Assembly: GCA_002269645.1 (NCBI GenBank)
Contig: NIVC01003137.1
Coordinates: 1 to 48,153 of the forward strand
Direction: 5' to 3'
Source: Macrostomum lignano
Taxonomy: Eukaryota
Length of the DNA stretch: 48,153 bases
Shown here piece after piece: positions 22,281 through 34,131 of the stretch. The notes below the pieces were generated by a model that did no database searches, was not told the DNA's origin, and worked only from the letters and a program-made list of their open reading frames with translations. Numbering within the stretch: the first letter of the stretch is position 1; the number at the start of each line of letters is the position of its first letter. The position numbers and the translations under genes were made by a program.

Positions 22281-22533
22281 GCAGAGTTTATTTCATAAGC
22301 CGCTCTTCAGGCACTGTCTGACGCAGTCTGCAATTAAAGTTGCGCTCTGGGATATTCAGTGACTTTATCTCATTGGCTCCCAGCTTTTGTCCATGGCAAC
22401 TTAGAGATAACTTCGTAAATCAGAAGCTAAATTGACTCTTGTCAGCGCTTATAAGCCAGATTCTGCTCAAAATTATCTGGCCTTCACTCTGTTTGTCATT
22501 GAGTCCAAGAACGGAGACCCTTTGTGGCCAAGG

Positions 22534-25500
22534 ATGACATCGAGTGACTCAGAGACGGAATCCCCGACGGGCGGCTCCCTGATGTGGCAGCTTCGCGAGA
22601 AGGCACTCGTCGCCTTCGCCCAGCAGACCACCGCGCACGGCCTGGTGCGCCTGACGCAGGGCTCCCAGCTTCGCCGCTTCATCTGGGCCCGGCCATCCTG
22701 GGCGCCTTCGTCGGCTTCTCCCTGAACCTTGCAGAGCTCATCCAGCGGTACCTGAGCTACCCAGTGAGCACCGAGTTCTCCAGAGACGGTGCGAACTTCG
22801 AGTTCCCGTCTGTGACCATCTGCCCGACCAACATGTTCGCCTACGCGTGCTCAGCCGTAGTCAGCAACCACTCTGTTTCAGGTACTCGAGAAGAGAGCAC
22901 AACTTTCTGCTGACTCTGGAGCACATGCATGTACAAAGGTGCCAGTACTATGCGCAGGCACGCACACATACACATGCTCACACAGGGTGTACAGCGGTCT
23001 TGACTTTCTAATCGTCAGTTCGCGGCTTGGGGTTGGCCCCGGCCGATATTTTGTTCACAAGCCCGAAATGAATGCGCATGACCGCACACGGAACCAAACC
23101 AGGGGGAAATGCCTCTCTTTGATGTCACATTTACTTTTTGTAACACACGTACGTTGTACCTGTCTCTCAGGGTGGAATAAATGCTTGGTTTCCATGATGG
23201 AAGGCTCTCCCTACCTGTTCTCTCTGCTCAACCGGACCGACTGGAACGCCTCAATGCCAAAGAATCCGGTGGAGTTTTACCCGGACGGAAAAAACTCGAT
23301 ACGAGCCATGGTGTACCGCGGTCACCTGTTCGCCCAGGCCTACGAATCCGTGATCTACTGCAGGTACAAGAATGAGGACTGCACCTTTGAGAACTTCACC
23401 GAGTATAAAGATGAGGACAGGTACTTGCAAAATGCTTGCCACATTGGACTTCTTTAATATCGGTCAGAAATTGGGGATCAAATGAGCTTCGATCGAATTC
23501 CATTCCAGGTGGTGGTGCTTTTCCTTCAACCCGTCGAATCACACAGTCATCGAGGTGGGCGAAGGCAAGGGGCTCTACCTGGTTCTTCACCTGAGAGGAG
23601 ATGCTTATCTCACTTACGAACAGCAAGTTGACTACGTGCCCGGCTTTCGGGTGGTGCTCCATCAGGCCGGTGAGGAGCTGCTTGCTCAGATCCTCATGCA
23701 GTAACAGCATCTAGTTTGCAAATATGCACAGATTCAAGACTACGCTCGTATGAGCAATGCAGAGTCAAAATCTGAGTTCATGAAAAGAAAAACTTATGAA
23801 GAAAGATTACGAGCATGCGGTATCAGTTCTCAGGTGTCCGTGTGCTCCCAGCCTACTCATCCCTCAGAGTGCAGAGTGTCCGTGCGCTCCCCTCAGCCTA
23901 CGAGTACTCTCCCCTCAGAGTGCAGAGAAAAACAAGATTTCGAAAGATTTCAGGTGAGAAAAAATCTTTCCAAAACACGCACCGGCAGGGTTCAAGCCAG
24001 ACTTGAACATGGGATTCAACGCACCTTATGGCCAGAAGACCTCCGTACAAGTGAAGGCCGAGACCGTCACCAAAGTCAGCCGCAAAGGCTCGCCGTGCAG
24101 CGATGAGCTGCCGAACATCACCTACACGATGGACTACTCGTGGCCTGGAAACTGGGAGAACCAGAGCTTCTTCAGCACCACCGAGGACTGCGTAACGCGG
24201 CTCAAGCAGGAGGAGTTCAAGGAGACGTGCGGCTGCCTCAGCGCTAATCTGGCCCTGCCCAGCGACCTCATGGATGGCACAAAAATGTGTCACGACCTGC
24301 CGGAAGAGGTACAGCAGCGGCTGCCGGCAAAAGCCATTGCAGTCGTATTCAGCAACAATTTCCAATCGATTCTAGATCAATAGCTGTTAGCCACTGCACC
24401 ATGAGCCACTGCCAGCACCAGCCATGACAGTCCAGTCGCTATAGTAGTGCTTTCGTCCCACCTACAACATGTAAATGTCGCTAGCGATGAGCCCTTGGGA
24501 AGTTTTTGGTGTCGCAGCTTCCTGAGGGCCGAAAGCTCGGTGAACACCCTATATAGGTCCCCCTCGCCTGCTCGTTGACCAGACTGCAATCAGATGTACT
24601 GGCGATATTTATCAGGAAGGAGGCAAATTCTTAGCAGGTTTTTAGCGAGAAAATGATGAATGCAACAGTAGCAAGTGATAAGTGTCAGTGGCAGTGACAA
24701 CGGTTGCAGGTAGTCAATTAGCTGTCACTAGCCTAAAAAACTAACGCTATTGATGGTCATGGCGTCGTTAGCCACTGCTACCGTTAGTTCGTTAGCTACC
24801 CGTCATCCAAGTTAAAGCGAGCTGCTCACACTTGCTGCTTTACACCTTGCTCATACTCGTATCTTGATAGCTATTCATGTTCTCAGGAACCATGCTTGAA
24901 TTTATGGGGAATTGTAGCCTAGTGGTCAGAGCGTCGGGACTCACGATTGAAAGGTCGGGGGTTCAATTCTTGACCCACTCGGAACTCTGCAAATTGTTTC
25001 AGTTCACCCAGCTGTAAAAGGGTTTACCAGCTAGCATTAGCTCGGGTAGTTGAGGATATGTGGCGACCGGCCCCCAGTCCTTGGCCTGGTCACTGAACAG
25101 CCGTACGCAGCCTTCAGATGCGCCGCGCATTAACTGCAGCTTAGCTGTTGGTTGTACATCTGGTCCATTAGGGCAGGTGTAATCAATTACTACTCGTATT
25201 GTTATTGAATTCCTAAGAGCAAGAGGTTAGGAAAAAACTTCCTCGGAGTAAAAGGTGTTAAATGTGAAGTAAAAAGTAAAAAGTGGCTGTTAAGCGACAG
25301 ACCATTTGCTTTTCTTTTTTTAAACGCAGGGACAGCTATAAACTTTTCTGGTTGTCCCTGATCTAACCATTGCAACTCACGCGACAATTCTATTCACAGT
25401 ATTTGCTGAAGTACCAAGAACACCGTCTGAACAAGTTCAACATGACCGAATACGTCATTAAGCTCAATAATTCGTGGATTGAGCCGCTCGCAGACTACGT

Positions 25501-26726
25501 TCTGAATCACTGGCACTGGTTCAACAACACCAAGAAGCTGGTTGAATGCTATCACCGAGTCGAGAGCAGGCAGAAAACAGATGGCGTTCGAGTCGACAAG
25601 TGCCCAGTCCGCTGCAGCAACACGCAATACAAAACCGTCACCACCCTGACCTCCTGGCCAAAGGACGTGCCCTTAGCCATTGAAATCCTGAAGAGCTACA
25701 CAAGCAAAATCCTCGCCCGGGTCAGCGGCACTGGCCTGCGAACACTAAGATTGGAGGTATTGCAAAACTTTACCTACGCTTCGCTCAGCCAAGCCGTGGT
25801 CAACCTGACCGCTAAAAACCTGGCATCGTCCAGGGACTTCATCAGCGTGTTGGACGTATATCCAGCGTCCACCAAGGCCAGCGTCTTCACCGAGTCGTTC
25901 GCCTACCCGCTGCGGAATCTGTTCTCCGACTTTGGCGGCATTCTCGGTGAGTTGCAGTCAATTGGATTTTGCGAAAAGTGGCGTGCACAGAGTAGGGCCA
26001 GGGGAGGTTAGCTCTCCTCCAAGGGAATAACTAAGCTAATAGAATAACAGCCGAGCTCAACTATTGCTACCTGTTGGAAGTGGCACCGACGTGGCGCCTG
26101 GGAGGTAGGGGGTTAGTGCATCCACCAACAGAAAGAGGCGTAAAGCAAAGTACCAAAACGCCAGCTACGAGCTACAACACCCCCGCGTAGTCAAAAAGCA
26201 AACTATTGCGCAACTCTATCGACCCCTAAAATAAATAAAATCGAAATTTCACGTCGGTTTTCAGGCGCTGAGAAATTTCGATGACGTAAAACATTGTTAA
26301 GTACATCCATGCATTCTGCTGCTACCGGAATCGACACCTTTTAATATTCGTAGTGGTTAGTTGTAAAGATATGCCCTGCGATTTATTGGTTTCAACAGTC
26401 TGTCACTTCATTGCACCTGTGCAGGCCTGTGGATCGGAGTATCGGTCATCACCCTGACGGAGATGCTGGAACTCGTCATCAACATGGCCCAGCTGGCCTC
26501 GCTCAGGCTAAACACAGCCGCCAAGAAGTTGTCTGCAAAAGTGCAACCCCAGCCGGAAGTGAGTGCGGACCGCAAGCCAGAGGAGGAAGTGCACGTGCAT
26601 CTGCTGGAAGAAGCGACCAAAAACCTGTCCGATGAGTCGACCAAGCGCCGTTTCAAAGTGAGCGAGCGGGACCTGATCGCGCACCGGGGCTCCTGGCTGG
26701 AGAAGATCCAAACACTGCTGGAATGA
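22534..26726 (+). CDS. DEG/ENaC (ASIC/FaNaC-family) sodium channel subunit. Exons 22534-22881, 23171-23420, 23509-23669, 23989-24308, 25400-25946, 26425-26726; apparent 1-bp deletion at 22690/22691
   Basis: TTAHG gating motif, TM1, YLSYPVST, FPSVTICPTN, WCFSFN, PGFRVVLH, CGC, FSDFGGILG|LWIGVSVITLTEMLEL (TM2, GxS filter); all introns GT-AG and in phase. Confidence 0.9.
22905..23040 (-). mobile_element. SINE-like family X, degraded copy 2, ENaC intron 1
   Basis: gcaggcacgcac...ctcacacagggtgtacagcgg...gactttc...cttggggttggc resembles copies 1 and 3. Confidence 0.5.
24903..25204 (+). mobile_element. tRNA-derived SINE (family Y), about 300 bp, ENaC intron 4
   Basis: A-box TAGCCTAGTGG 24915-24925, B-box GGTTCAATTCT 24960-24970, degenerate cloverleaf, body gttcacccagctgtaaaagggt, att-rich tail, possible ttgaatt TSD (24896-24902 and 25205-25211). 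Confidence 0.7.
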
Positions 26727-28574
26727 GGCAAGGACTACTCAAGTAACATAGCTCGTATATACAGGACGCTACACTCGAAATTTATGGTAAATGTTTTGAA
26801 GGCAACTTTTCGCTTAAAAATACACTACAGAGATAGGAGGTTTTAATTTTTTCAGCACAAAAATTGTTATTGCTTTTGATGGGAGGCAGATCCAGGGTTC
26901 ATCTTTTGATATGTTGTGCCTTTCTTATTGCTCCATCGATATTCATAAAGCTTTTCGTTCAGAAATAGTTTTAAAGGCAGGTTTCACCGGAAAAATACAC
27001 TAGGGAGATAGGAAACTTCACGATTTTCAGCACTAAAACAGTGATTGGGTCTCCAAAGAGTGTCAGAGAAAGTTCTAATCACACTATTTTGTTCCTCACG
27101 ATTTTTCATGTTAAATTGTTCTGTCATTATCTTAAACGTTTTTTCAAGTGACAGACCAACTTGACATGAAAAATCGATCGAGTTGTTTTAATCCCAGTCG
27201 CTTTAATCCCAGTTGCCCTCTCTATTGTCTGCCTCCGTGAGTGCTCACCTCCCCACTCGACGTATTGGTCTTGTGCTCCTTCCCCTCTCTCGCTGGTCGG
27301 CACTCCAAGTTTTGGATTTACCGATTCAATCTCATTGAATGTACTTTTGATAATTAAATATAAAAATATCAAAACTGGCTTGAATTTTGCCCGCTGTCGA
27401 GGCTTGATCAGCGAAACTCGAGAAATTTAATCAGGGTGTTTTATACTAGTAGTCACATGGTGCCACCTGTTGAAGGTCCAGAAGCTCCGCCTGGGTGAAG
27501 GCCAGTGACCAACGAAGTCAAAGCTGATGCAGACGCATGTAGTCGACGTGCTGATGAAATTCGGAGGCTTGGCAAGGCTGCACTGAGGCGCGAGGCGCAG
27601 GGCTGAATACACTGGCGCTTATGGGAAAAAATCCGACCTTCGGAATATCTCGACGGTCCGGAGGGCTGACGACTTGATTCTTGATTGACAAGGTGCGCAA
27701 CAAAAAGTCAGCCCGTGTTCTTCAATTTCGTGAATTAATTTACGTTGCCCGTTCCGGCGCAGCAAAAAATTGTCAAGGGAGCCAGGAGGAATTCCCCCTC
27801 TTGGTGGTTCTACCGTTAAAGAACATTAAAATGATGGGAGCAAATTTGCACAATTATTTATTGCATTGTTCCAGTAAAATTCTTTGAATTAAAATACGAG
27901 TTCTATACTTGTTTTTTATACTTGCTTTCGTTAATACTCGAGCGAGCTGCAGTTGTCACTAAATTTTAGCCAGAAACGAAAGAAGATCAAAATGCTAAAG
28001 AGATTTTTCAATCCGAAACAGCTTCAAGCTGATTTTATAAAGTTAAGTATAAAATGTGTTTATATTTGCGAATATGCGTTTTGAGTGCAAGTGCTATTAA
28101 CGAATAAAAAGAATCGATATTAGCCATAAGATTATAACAAATTTTTTTAAGAATTTGAAGATTTTTATTCAGATAATAATGATCAATGATGGGTTTTCCG
28201 AGTTTAAAATAAGGTGCTGACAGAGTCCTAAAACATGCCACAAATTAGTCAGTTCAATTAGCAAAGAATTGGCACAGTGCTACAGAAGAGCACATTTACA
28301 GGGAATACAGGGAGGCTATAATAACAAGTTTCATCATATCAAATAATTGCATGAAGGTTAATAAATGTTAAAACAGCAGTAGCTACAAAATAATCTACAT
28401 CGATTTACATAAATATTAATTATGTGCCAATCCCCGTGTTTAATCATGCTGAAGTTTGCAGTCACTGAGCGCCCTGGCCTCCCACTCAGTCAGATGGTCA
28501 GCCCCAAGGCAGTGAAGATGTGACGAGCAGCAGGTCCCAGAGTTATGAAAAAGGCAGCGAGAGAGCAGCGAGAC

Positions 28575-28918
28575 AGCGCTCATTTTAGCGCCGCAAGCAC
28601 TCATTTTAGCGCCACAGGCACTCATTTTAGCGCCACAGGCACTCATTTTAGCGCCGCAGGCACTCATTTTAGCGCCACAGGCACTCATTTTAGCGCCACA
28701 GGCACTCATTTTAGTGCCACAGGCACTCATTTTAGCGCCACAGGCACTCACCATTTTAGCGCCGCAGGCACTCATTTTAGCGCCGCAGGCACTCATTTTA
28801 GCGCTGCAGAAACTCATTTTAGCGCCGCAGGCACTCATTTTAGCGCTGCAGAAACTCATTTTAGCGCCGCAGGCACTCATTTTAGCGCTGCAGAAACTCA
28901 TTTTAGCGCCGCAGGCAC
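28575..28918. repeat. 21-bp minisatellite (ggcactcattttagcgccgca), about 16 copies
   Basis: Direct tandem repeat. Confidence 0.95.
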
Positions 28919-29235
28919 CATCTCTTGTCGCCCTCAAGCAAAGTTAATGATTTTCAAAACAGGTCAACAAAGGTGGAGTGGGGGGACAAAGCATAGGCAT
29001 GTCCCCCACAGCTCTTCCCTCCTTTCCCCCCGGTGTCGACACTCCTTCGCTACTCCTCCTTCGATATTATTAAAATCCCACAAAGCATACGCAAATAAAT
29101 GTATTTGCATTTGCATGCTTTTTGATTATGCAAATCAGCCATCAGAACCTTCAGGTCATCCCCAGACTAATAATGATCAGGAACTCAGGTGCGATTCTAA
29201 GAATTGAAAATTTGCGTCCTCATTCCAAGGACAAC

Positions 29236-29790
29236 TTAAGTAGAAGGACGCAACACTCGAAATCTGTGGTAAATGTTTTGAAGGCAACTTTTCGCCCTCC
29301 TCCTAATCCATTGCTGTGTCTGGCCGCACACCAAGTTGCTTCTGCTGGCGTCGGCATCGTCACTCATCACCCAGGCGGCCCTCAGCTTGGCGACCAGCTT
29401 CCTGCTCAAAGTGATGAAGCCCACAGCTCTGTCATTAGCGAATGCGGCACAGCGGCGGTACTGCGAGCTCTCTGCAGCAGCGAGTCCATCGATGAGGTGG
29501 CACACTGCGGTGTATTAGAAGAGCGAGCACTGGCGAGTGTCCAAGCCGAACTGGGCCACCTGCAGGCCGCTCGAGGCGCCGTAGAACAGGGCGACCAGGA
29601 TGAGGCACTCGCTGATGCTGGCCGGAGTCTGGGCCGCCCGCACTGCCAGATTCTCAGACAGGCACTGCGGGCTGCTCAGGCGGTGCCAGGAGCTCGGCAG
29701 GCTCTCGCAGTGGACCAGGCAGGCCGCTGCGAGCAGAACGGAGACTGGAGTAGCGATGAAGCTGGTGCAAGATGCAGATGCGAGAGCTCA
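29236..29790 (-). pseudogene. Probable pseudogene of a small secreted Cys-containing protein; in-frame TAA at 29517-29515
   Basis: One GC3-rich frame: FIATPVSVLLAAACLVHCESLPSSWHRL...SISECLILVALFYG...RQCSLF*YTAVCHLIDG...; signal-peptide-like N-terminus; no in-frame ATG. Confidence 0.4.
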
Positions 29791-30489
29791 AGATGAGGCA
29801 GGCGGCAGACATCCTGCATGCAGTAAAATGTATCCTGCTCCCGTTGAGCTCAATCGCCCCTAGCAACCAGCTGTCCAAGCCGTCAGCTCAGACTGCAGCC
29901 ACCTCAGCCCCCCTCCCGATGCCGGAGGGCTCATTAAAGCTCTGAGACTTGACGATTGTCGCTAATGGAAAATCAATTTTCCCGGTTCCAATCGGATTGG
30001 CGACAGCAAAAGACTGCTTTATCCAATCGCCGCGTATCCATCAGTCGAGATTGCTTTCCACTCTGTTTTGCATTCCATTTAGCCAATGTATTTCTTGTCT
30101 TAATTGATAGACAACACTGACGGTTGCTATTGGTAACTGATTTCCATTGCTCTCTACAGTCTGCACAGCTCTAGATTTAACCTGACTTGGCTGCAGGGTG
30201 GTCCGGGAGTCCGTCCTGCAGAGGGATCTTCCGTAGGGAAGATCTTCCGCCTGTCGCCAGGCGGAACTGAGTTTGCATAGCTCAAGGATGCGAAGCGATT
30301 CATAAGCACCGCTTTATATACATGTAACTGTACTGAGTAAGCTTGAAAAGGCTGCTGATGAACATTGGATTATGAAGACCACAGTGGGACCACGCCAAAA
30401 AACTGCACTGCTCCACGACCCACTCTCGTTATTAATATAATTTCGATATCGAAATAAGAACCCATCTTAAGTACTGTTAGCTCAATCAC

Positions 30490-31086
30490 ATGGAGTGACT
30501 GGTTGAGTGTTGAAGTGACTTGGAGAATGCTGGAGTGACTTGGGGAATGCTGGAGTGACTGGGAGAATGCTGGAGTTGGAGTGACTTTGGGAATGCTGGA
30601 GTGACTTGGAGAATGCTGGAGTGACTTGGGGAATGCAGGAGTGACTTGGGGAATGCTGGAGTGACTTGGAGAATGCTGGAGTGACTTAGGGAATGCTGGA
30701 GTGACTGGGAGAATGCTGGAGTGACTGGGAGAATGCTGGAGTGACTTGGGGAATGCTGGAGTGACTTGGGGAATGCAGGAGTGACTGGGAGAATGCTGGA
30801 GTGACTTGGGGAATGCAGGAGTGACTGGGAGAATGCTGGGGTGACTTGGAGAATGCTGGAGTGACTTGGAGAATGCTGGAGTGACTTGGGGAATGCAGGA
30901 GTGACTTGGGGAATGCAGGAGTGACTGGGAGAATGCTGGAGTGACTTGGGGAATGCAGGAGTGACTTGGGGAATGCAGGAGTGACTTGGGGAATGCAGGA
31001 GGGACTGGGAGAATGCAGGAGTGACTGGGGGAATGCAAGAGTGACTGGGAGAATGCTGGAGTGACTTGGGGAATGCTGGAGTGACT
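30490..31086. repeat. 20-bp minisatellite (gagtgacttggggaatgctg), about 29 copies
   Basis: Direct tandem repeat. Confidence 0.95.
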
Positions 31087-31099
31087 AGTTAAGTGCTAG

Positions 31100-31375
31100 A
31101 GTGGGTGGAACTAGTAGTATGGGTTAGCAGAACCTTGCCGAACAGTGCGGAGATAGGAGGGCAGAAAGGCGATGGGCGGAGGTGAGGTGGTGCAAGGAGT
31201 TGGGGTGGGTGGGCAGAGTGGCGGGTTGGAGGTGAGGCCGGCGCAAGGAGGGAGGTGGGTCGGCTGAAAGTTAGCAGAACGCTGCCGAACAGTGTGGAGA
31301 TAGGAGGGCTGAAAAGGCGATGGGCGGGGTGGAGGTGAGGCCGGCGCAAGGAGGGAGGTGGGTCGGCTGAAAAGT
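31100..31375. repeat. Imperfect ~145-bp G-rich tandem duplication upstream of the PC4-like ORF
   Basis: gttagcagaac...gccgaacagtg.ggagataggaggg and ggtgaggccggcgcaaggagggaggtgggtcggctgaaa each occur twice. Confidence 0.75.
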
Positions 31376-31548
31376 TATGATAAGGATTATCATAATTAAG
31401 CAGAGTCTCAGGATCATTGCATTAACTTACTATCGTAGCACATGTTTGCATTGAAAAGAATAAAATAATCAGGGTTCTATATTATTCCAACAACATAGTT
31501 CCCACAAGCAGCTATATCAAACACCCACCCCACTCCTCTCCGAAAATA

Positions 31549-31556
31549 TATATAAG
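31549..31556 (+). promoter_or_regulatory. Candidate TATA box (TATATAAG) for the PC4-like ORF
   Basis: About 75 nt upstream of the ATG at 31629. Confidence 0.45.
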
Positions 31557-31628
31557 GGGGCCAGTTTTTCTGATGCTTAGCTAAACGACTTCAGCTATTC
31601 TGATCAATTTCTAAATAACTCTTAAGAC

Positions 31629-32342
31629 ATGGATTTGTGCGACGGATATAAAATCCAAGTTCAGGACTACGAAGGGCATCGCTTCCTCGCTATTCGGCGT
31701 TTTTATCCTGCTGAAGGAGGCTTGAAGCCCGGCATCCCTGGCTTCAATTTGAATCTCTACCAATGGGAGAAACTGAAGCAGCTCAAACGACATCTCGTAC
31801 ATTCTGCGGTCCATCGGCACAACGTAACGGTGAAGCTTGGATTCGATAAGCTAGTTGTTGTGAGCGGCGGAAAAATTTGGCTCAAAAGACTGCCCGAGGA
31901 CTGCACAGAAGACTTTCTGAGACGCAACTCGGTTCTACTTACACCTGCACTGTGGCTCGAACTTTGGAAGAAAACCAGCTGGATTGAAGACGAGCTGAAG
32001 GGCAAAGCGGAAGAGGAGTATCAGCTGGAAGAGGACGACATGAAGACAATGATTAAAGTTGAGCATCAGCCAAGTGGTGAGGAAGCTGATGAGAGGGAGA
32101 CACTGCTCATTGCTGCAAGTGAGAGGTCTTCACCTGCGGCATCATCATCATCCATCGGGCGCATTCCTCCGCAAGATAGCGACCTGAGGCAGGATCCGAT
32201 TTGGTATCAGATCCGTGCGGCTACCGGTCTACAGGGTACTGGCAGCGACAACAGCGGTGCTAGCAGCAAGCGGAAGCTTCCTTGGCCTCTGCGCCGGCAG
32301 GATGCAGTGAAGTTGCCGAACCTGGACTCTGATGAGGAGTAA
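31629..32342 (+). CDS. Intronless PC4/Sub1-like ssDNA-binding domain protein, probably two tandem PC4 folds plus an acidic/Ser-rich tail, 237 aa
   Basis: KIQVQDYEGHRFLAIRRFYPAEGGLKPGIPGFNLNLYQWEKLK parallels PC4 YVSVRDFKGKVLIDIREYW...MKPGRKGISLNPEQWSQLK; a second SVLLTPALWLEL...SWIEDEL segment repeats the pattern. Confidence 0.78.
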   Translation: MDLCDGYKIQVQDYEGHRFLAIRRFYPAEGGLKPGIPGFNLNLYQWEKLKQLKRHLVHSAVHRHNVTVKLGFDKLVVVSGGKIWLKRLPEDCTEDFLRRNSVLLTPALWLELWKKTSWIEDELKGKAEEEYQLEEDDMKTMIKVEHQPSGEEADERETLLIAASERSSPAASSSSIGRIPPQDSDLRQDPIWYQIRAATGLQGTGSDNSGASSKRKLPWPLRRQDAVKLPNLDSDEE

Positions 32343-32367
32343 AAACTAAAAAAAAACTATTTGACAG

Positions 32368-33300
32368 TACACAAACACACACAGACATGCACAACACACA
32401 CAGACATGCACAACACACACAGACATATACAACACACACAGACATGCACAACACACACAGACATGCACAACACACACAGACATGCAAAACACACACAGAC
32501 ATGCACAACACACACAGACATGCAAAACACACACAGACATGCAAAACACACACAGACATGCACAACACACACAGACATGCACAACACACAAACACACACA
32601 GACACGCACAACACACACAGACACGCACAACACACACAGACATGCACAACACACACAGACATGCACAACACACAAACACACACAGACATGCACAACACAC
32701 AAACACACACAGACATGCACAACACACACAGACATGCACAACACACACAGACATATACAACACACACAGACATGCACAACACACACAGACATGCACAACA
32801 CACACAGACATGCAAAACACACACAGACATGCACAACACACACAGACATGCAAAACACACACAGACATGCAAAACACACACAGACATGCACAACACACAC
32901 AGACATGCACAACACACAAACACACACAGACACGCACAACACACACAGACACGCACAACACACACAGACATGCACAACACACACAGACATGCACAACACA
33001 CAAACACACACAGACATGCACAACACACAAACACACACAGACATGCACAACACACAAACACACACAGACATGCACAACACACAAACACACACAGACATGC
33101 ACAACACACAAACACACACAGACATGCACAACACACACAGACATGCACAACACACAAACACACACAGACATGCACAACACACAAACACACACAGACATGC
33201 ACAACACACAAACACACACAGACATGCACAACACACACAGACACGCACAACACGCACAAAAACACACGCAGACACACAGACAGACATATACAACACACAC
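32368..33300. repeat. CA-rich ~19-21-bp minisatellite (acacagacatgcacaacac), about 45 copies
   Basis: Starts about 25 bp after the PC4-like stop; source of the CVC/HT pseudo-ORFs. Confidence 0.96.
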
Positions 33301-34116
33301 AGGGGGGGGGGGTTCACAAACTCGAAATTTCACAATGTCGAAAACTCAAGTGTGCTCAGGAGTCAGGAGTCAGCGAAATGGGCAGGATTGCCTATTAAAA
33401 GACTCGAAGTTGAAAAGCTGGAAAATTGAAGCAGTTCTGCTATGAAGCTGAAAGAGACGCAGGCAAAGAACAGATACGCACAAGGCAGCTGGAGTTCAAT
33501 TGGGGAATGACGAGATGTTACTTTAATTTTTGTAGCAAAATACGCGCTTAAATATTTGTTATTGATTAGAAGCGGAGGCAATTATATTTATTATTCAGTT
33601 TTTGCAGAGACCAAGGGCGCAGCAAATTCGAGCTGGATTCGGTGCTGACGGCTCAGGACAAATTGGATTCGATTCGAAGTAGAGAACAGAATTGAAAAAT
33701 TATTTCTGATTTCTAACAATTTATACTAATAATATAATAATAACGGGGTACTAAAAACCGAGAAAATAACGAAGACGCAAACTCGGAAAATAAAAATAAA
33801 CCCAGTAGATGGGGCATTTTCAGAGAGAGAAAATGTGCTTGGCCGGCAAAGGCGGGGGCGGCGGAGCGATGAACGGTGGCACACAGGCAGGCAGGCAGCG
33901 GGGCTACGGGCCGCTAATTGAGTCAGTAATAAATGCAGACAGACGGACAGGCAGACCAGACACAGACAGGGACAGAAACAGTGAATGGAAGCTTTCAGAC
34001 TGTAGAGCAGCTAAACGGGTGCATAACTGAGCAGCGGGGTGGAGACGGGGCTGACGCGAGCGGGAAGGCTTGGACTGAGCAGTCACTGCTAACTGAAGTC
34101 GGGTGCGAAAGGAACT

Positions 34117-34122
34117 TTTATT
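34117..34122 (-). terminator. Candidate AATAAA polyadenylation signal of KPNB1
   Basis: tttatt about 10 nt past the stop codon. Confidence 0.45.
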
Positions 34123-34131
34123 GAACTGCGC

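Noticed and set aside
24908-24980. Functional tRNA gene (Val-CAC-like)
   Set aside because: Acceptor and anticodon stems pair poorly and it continues into a SINE-like body and tail; called as a SINE head.
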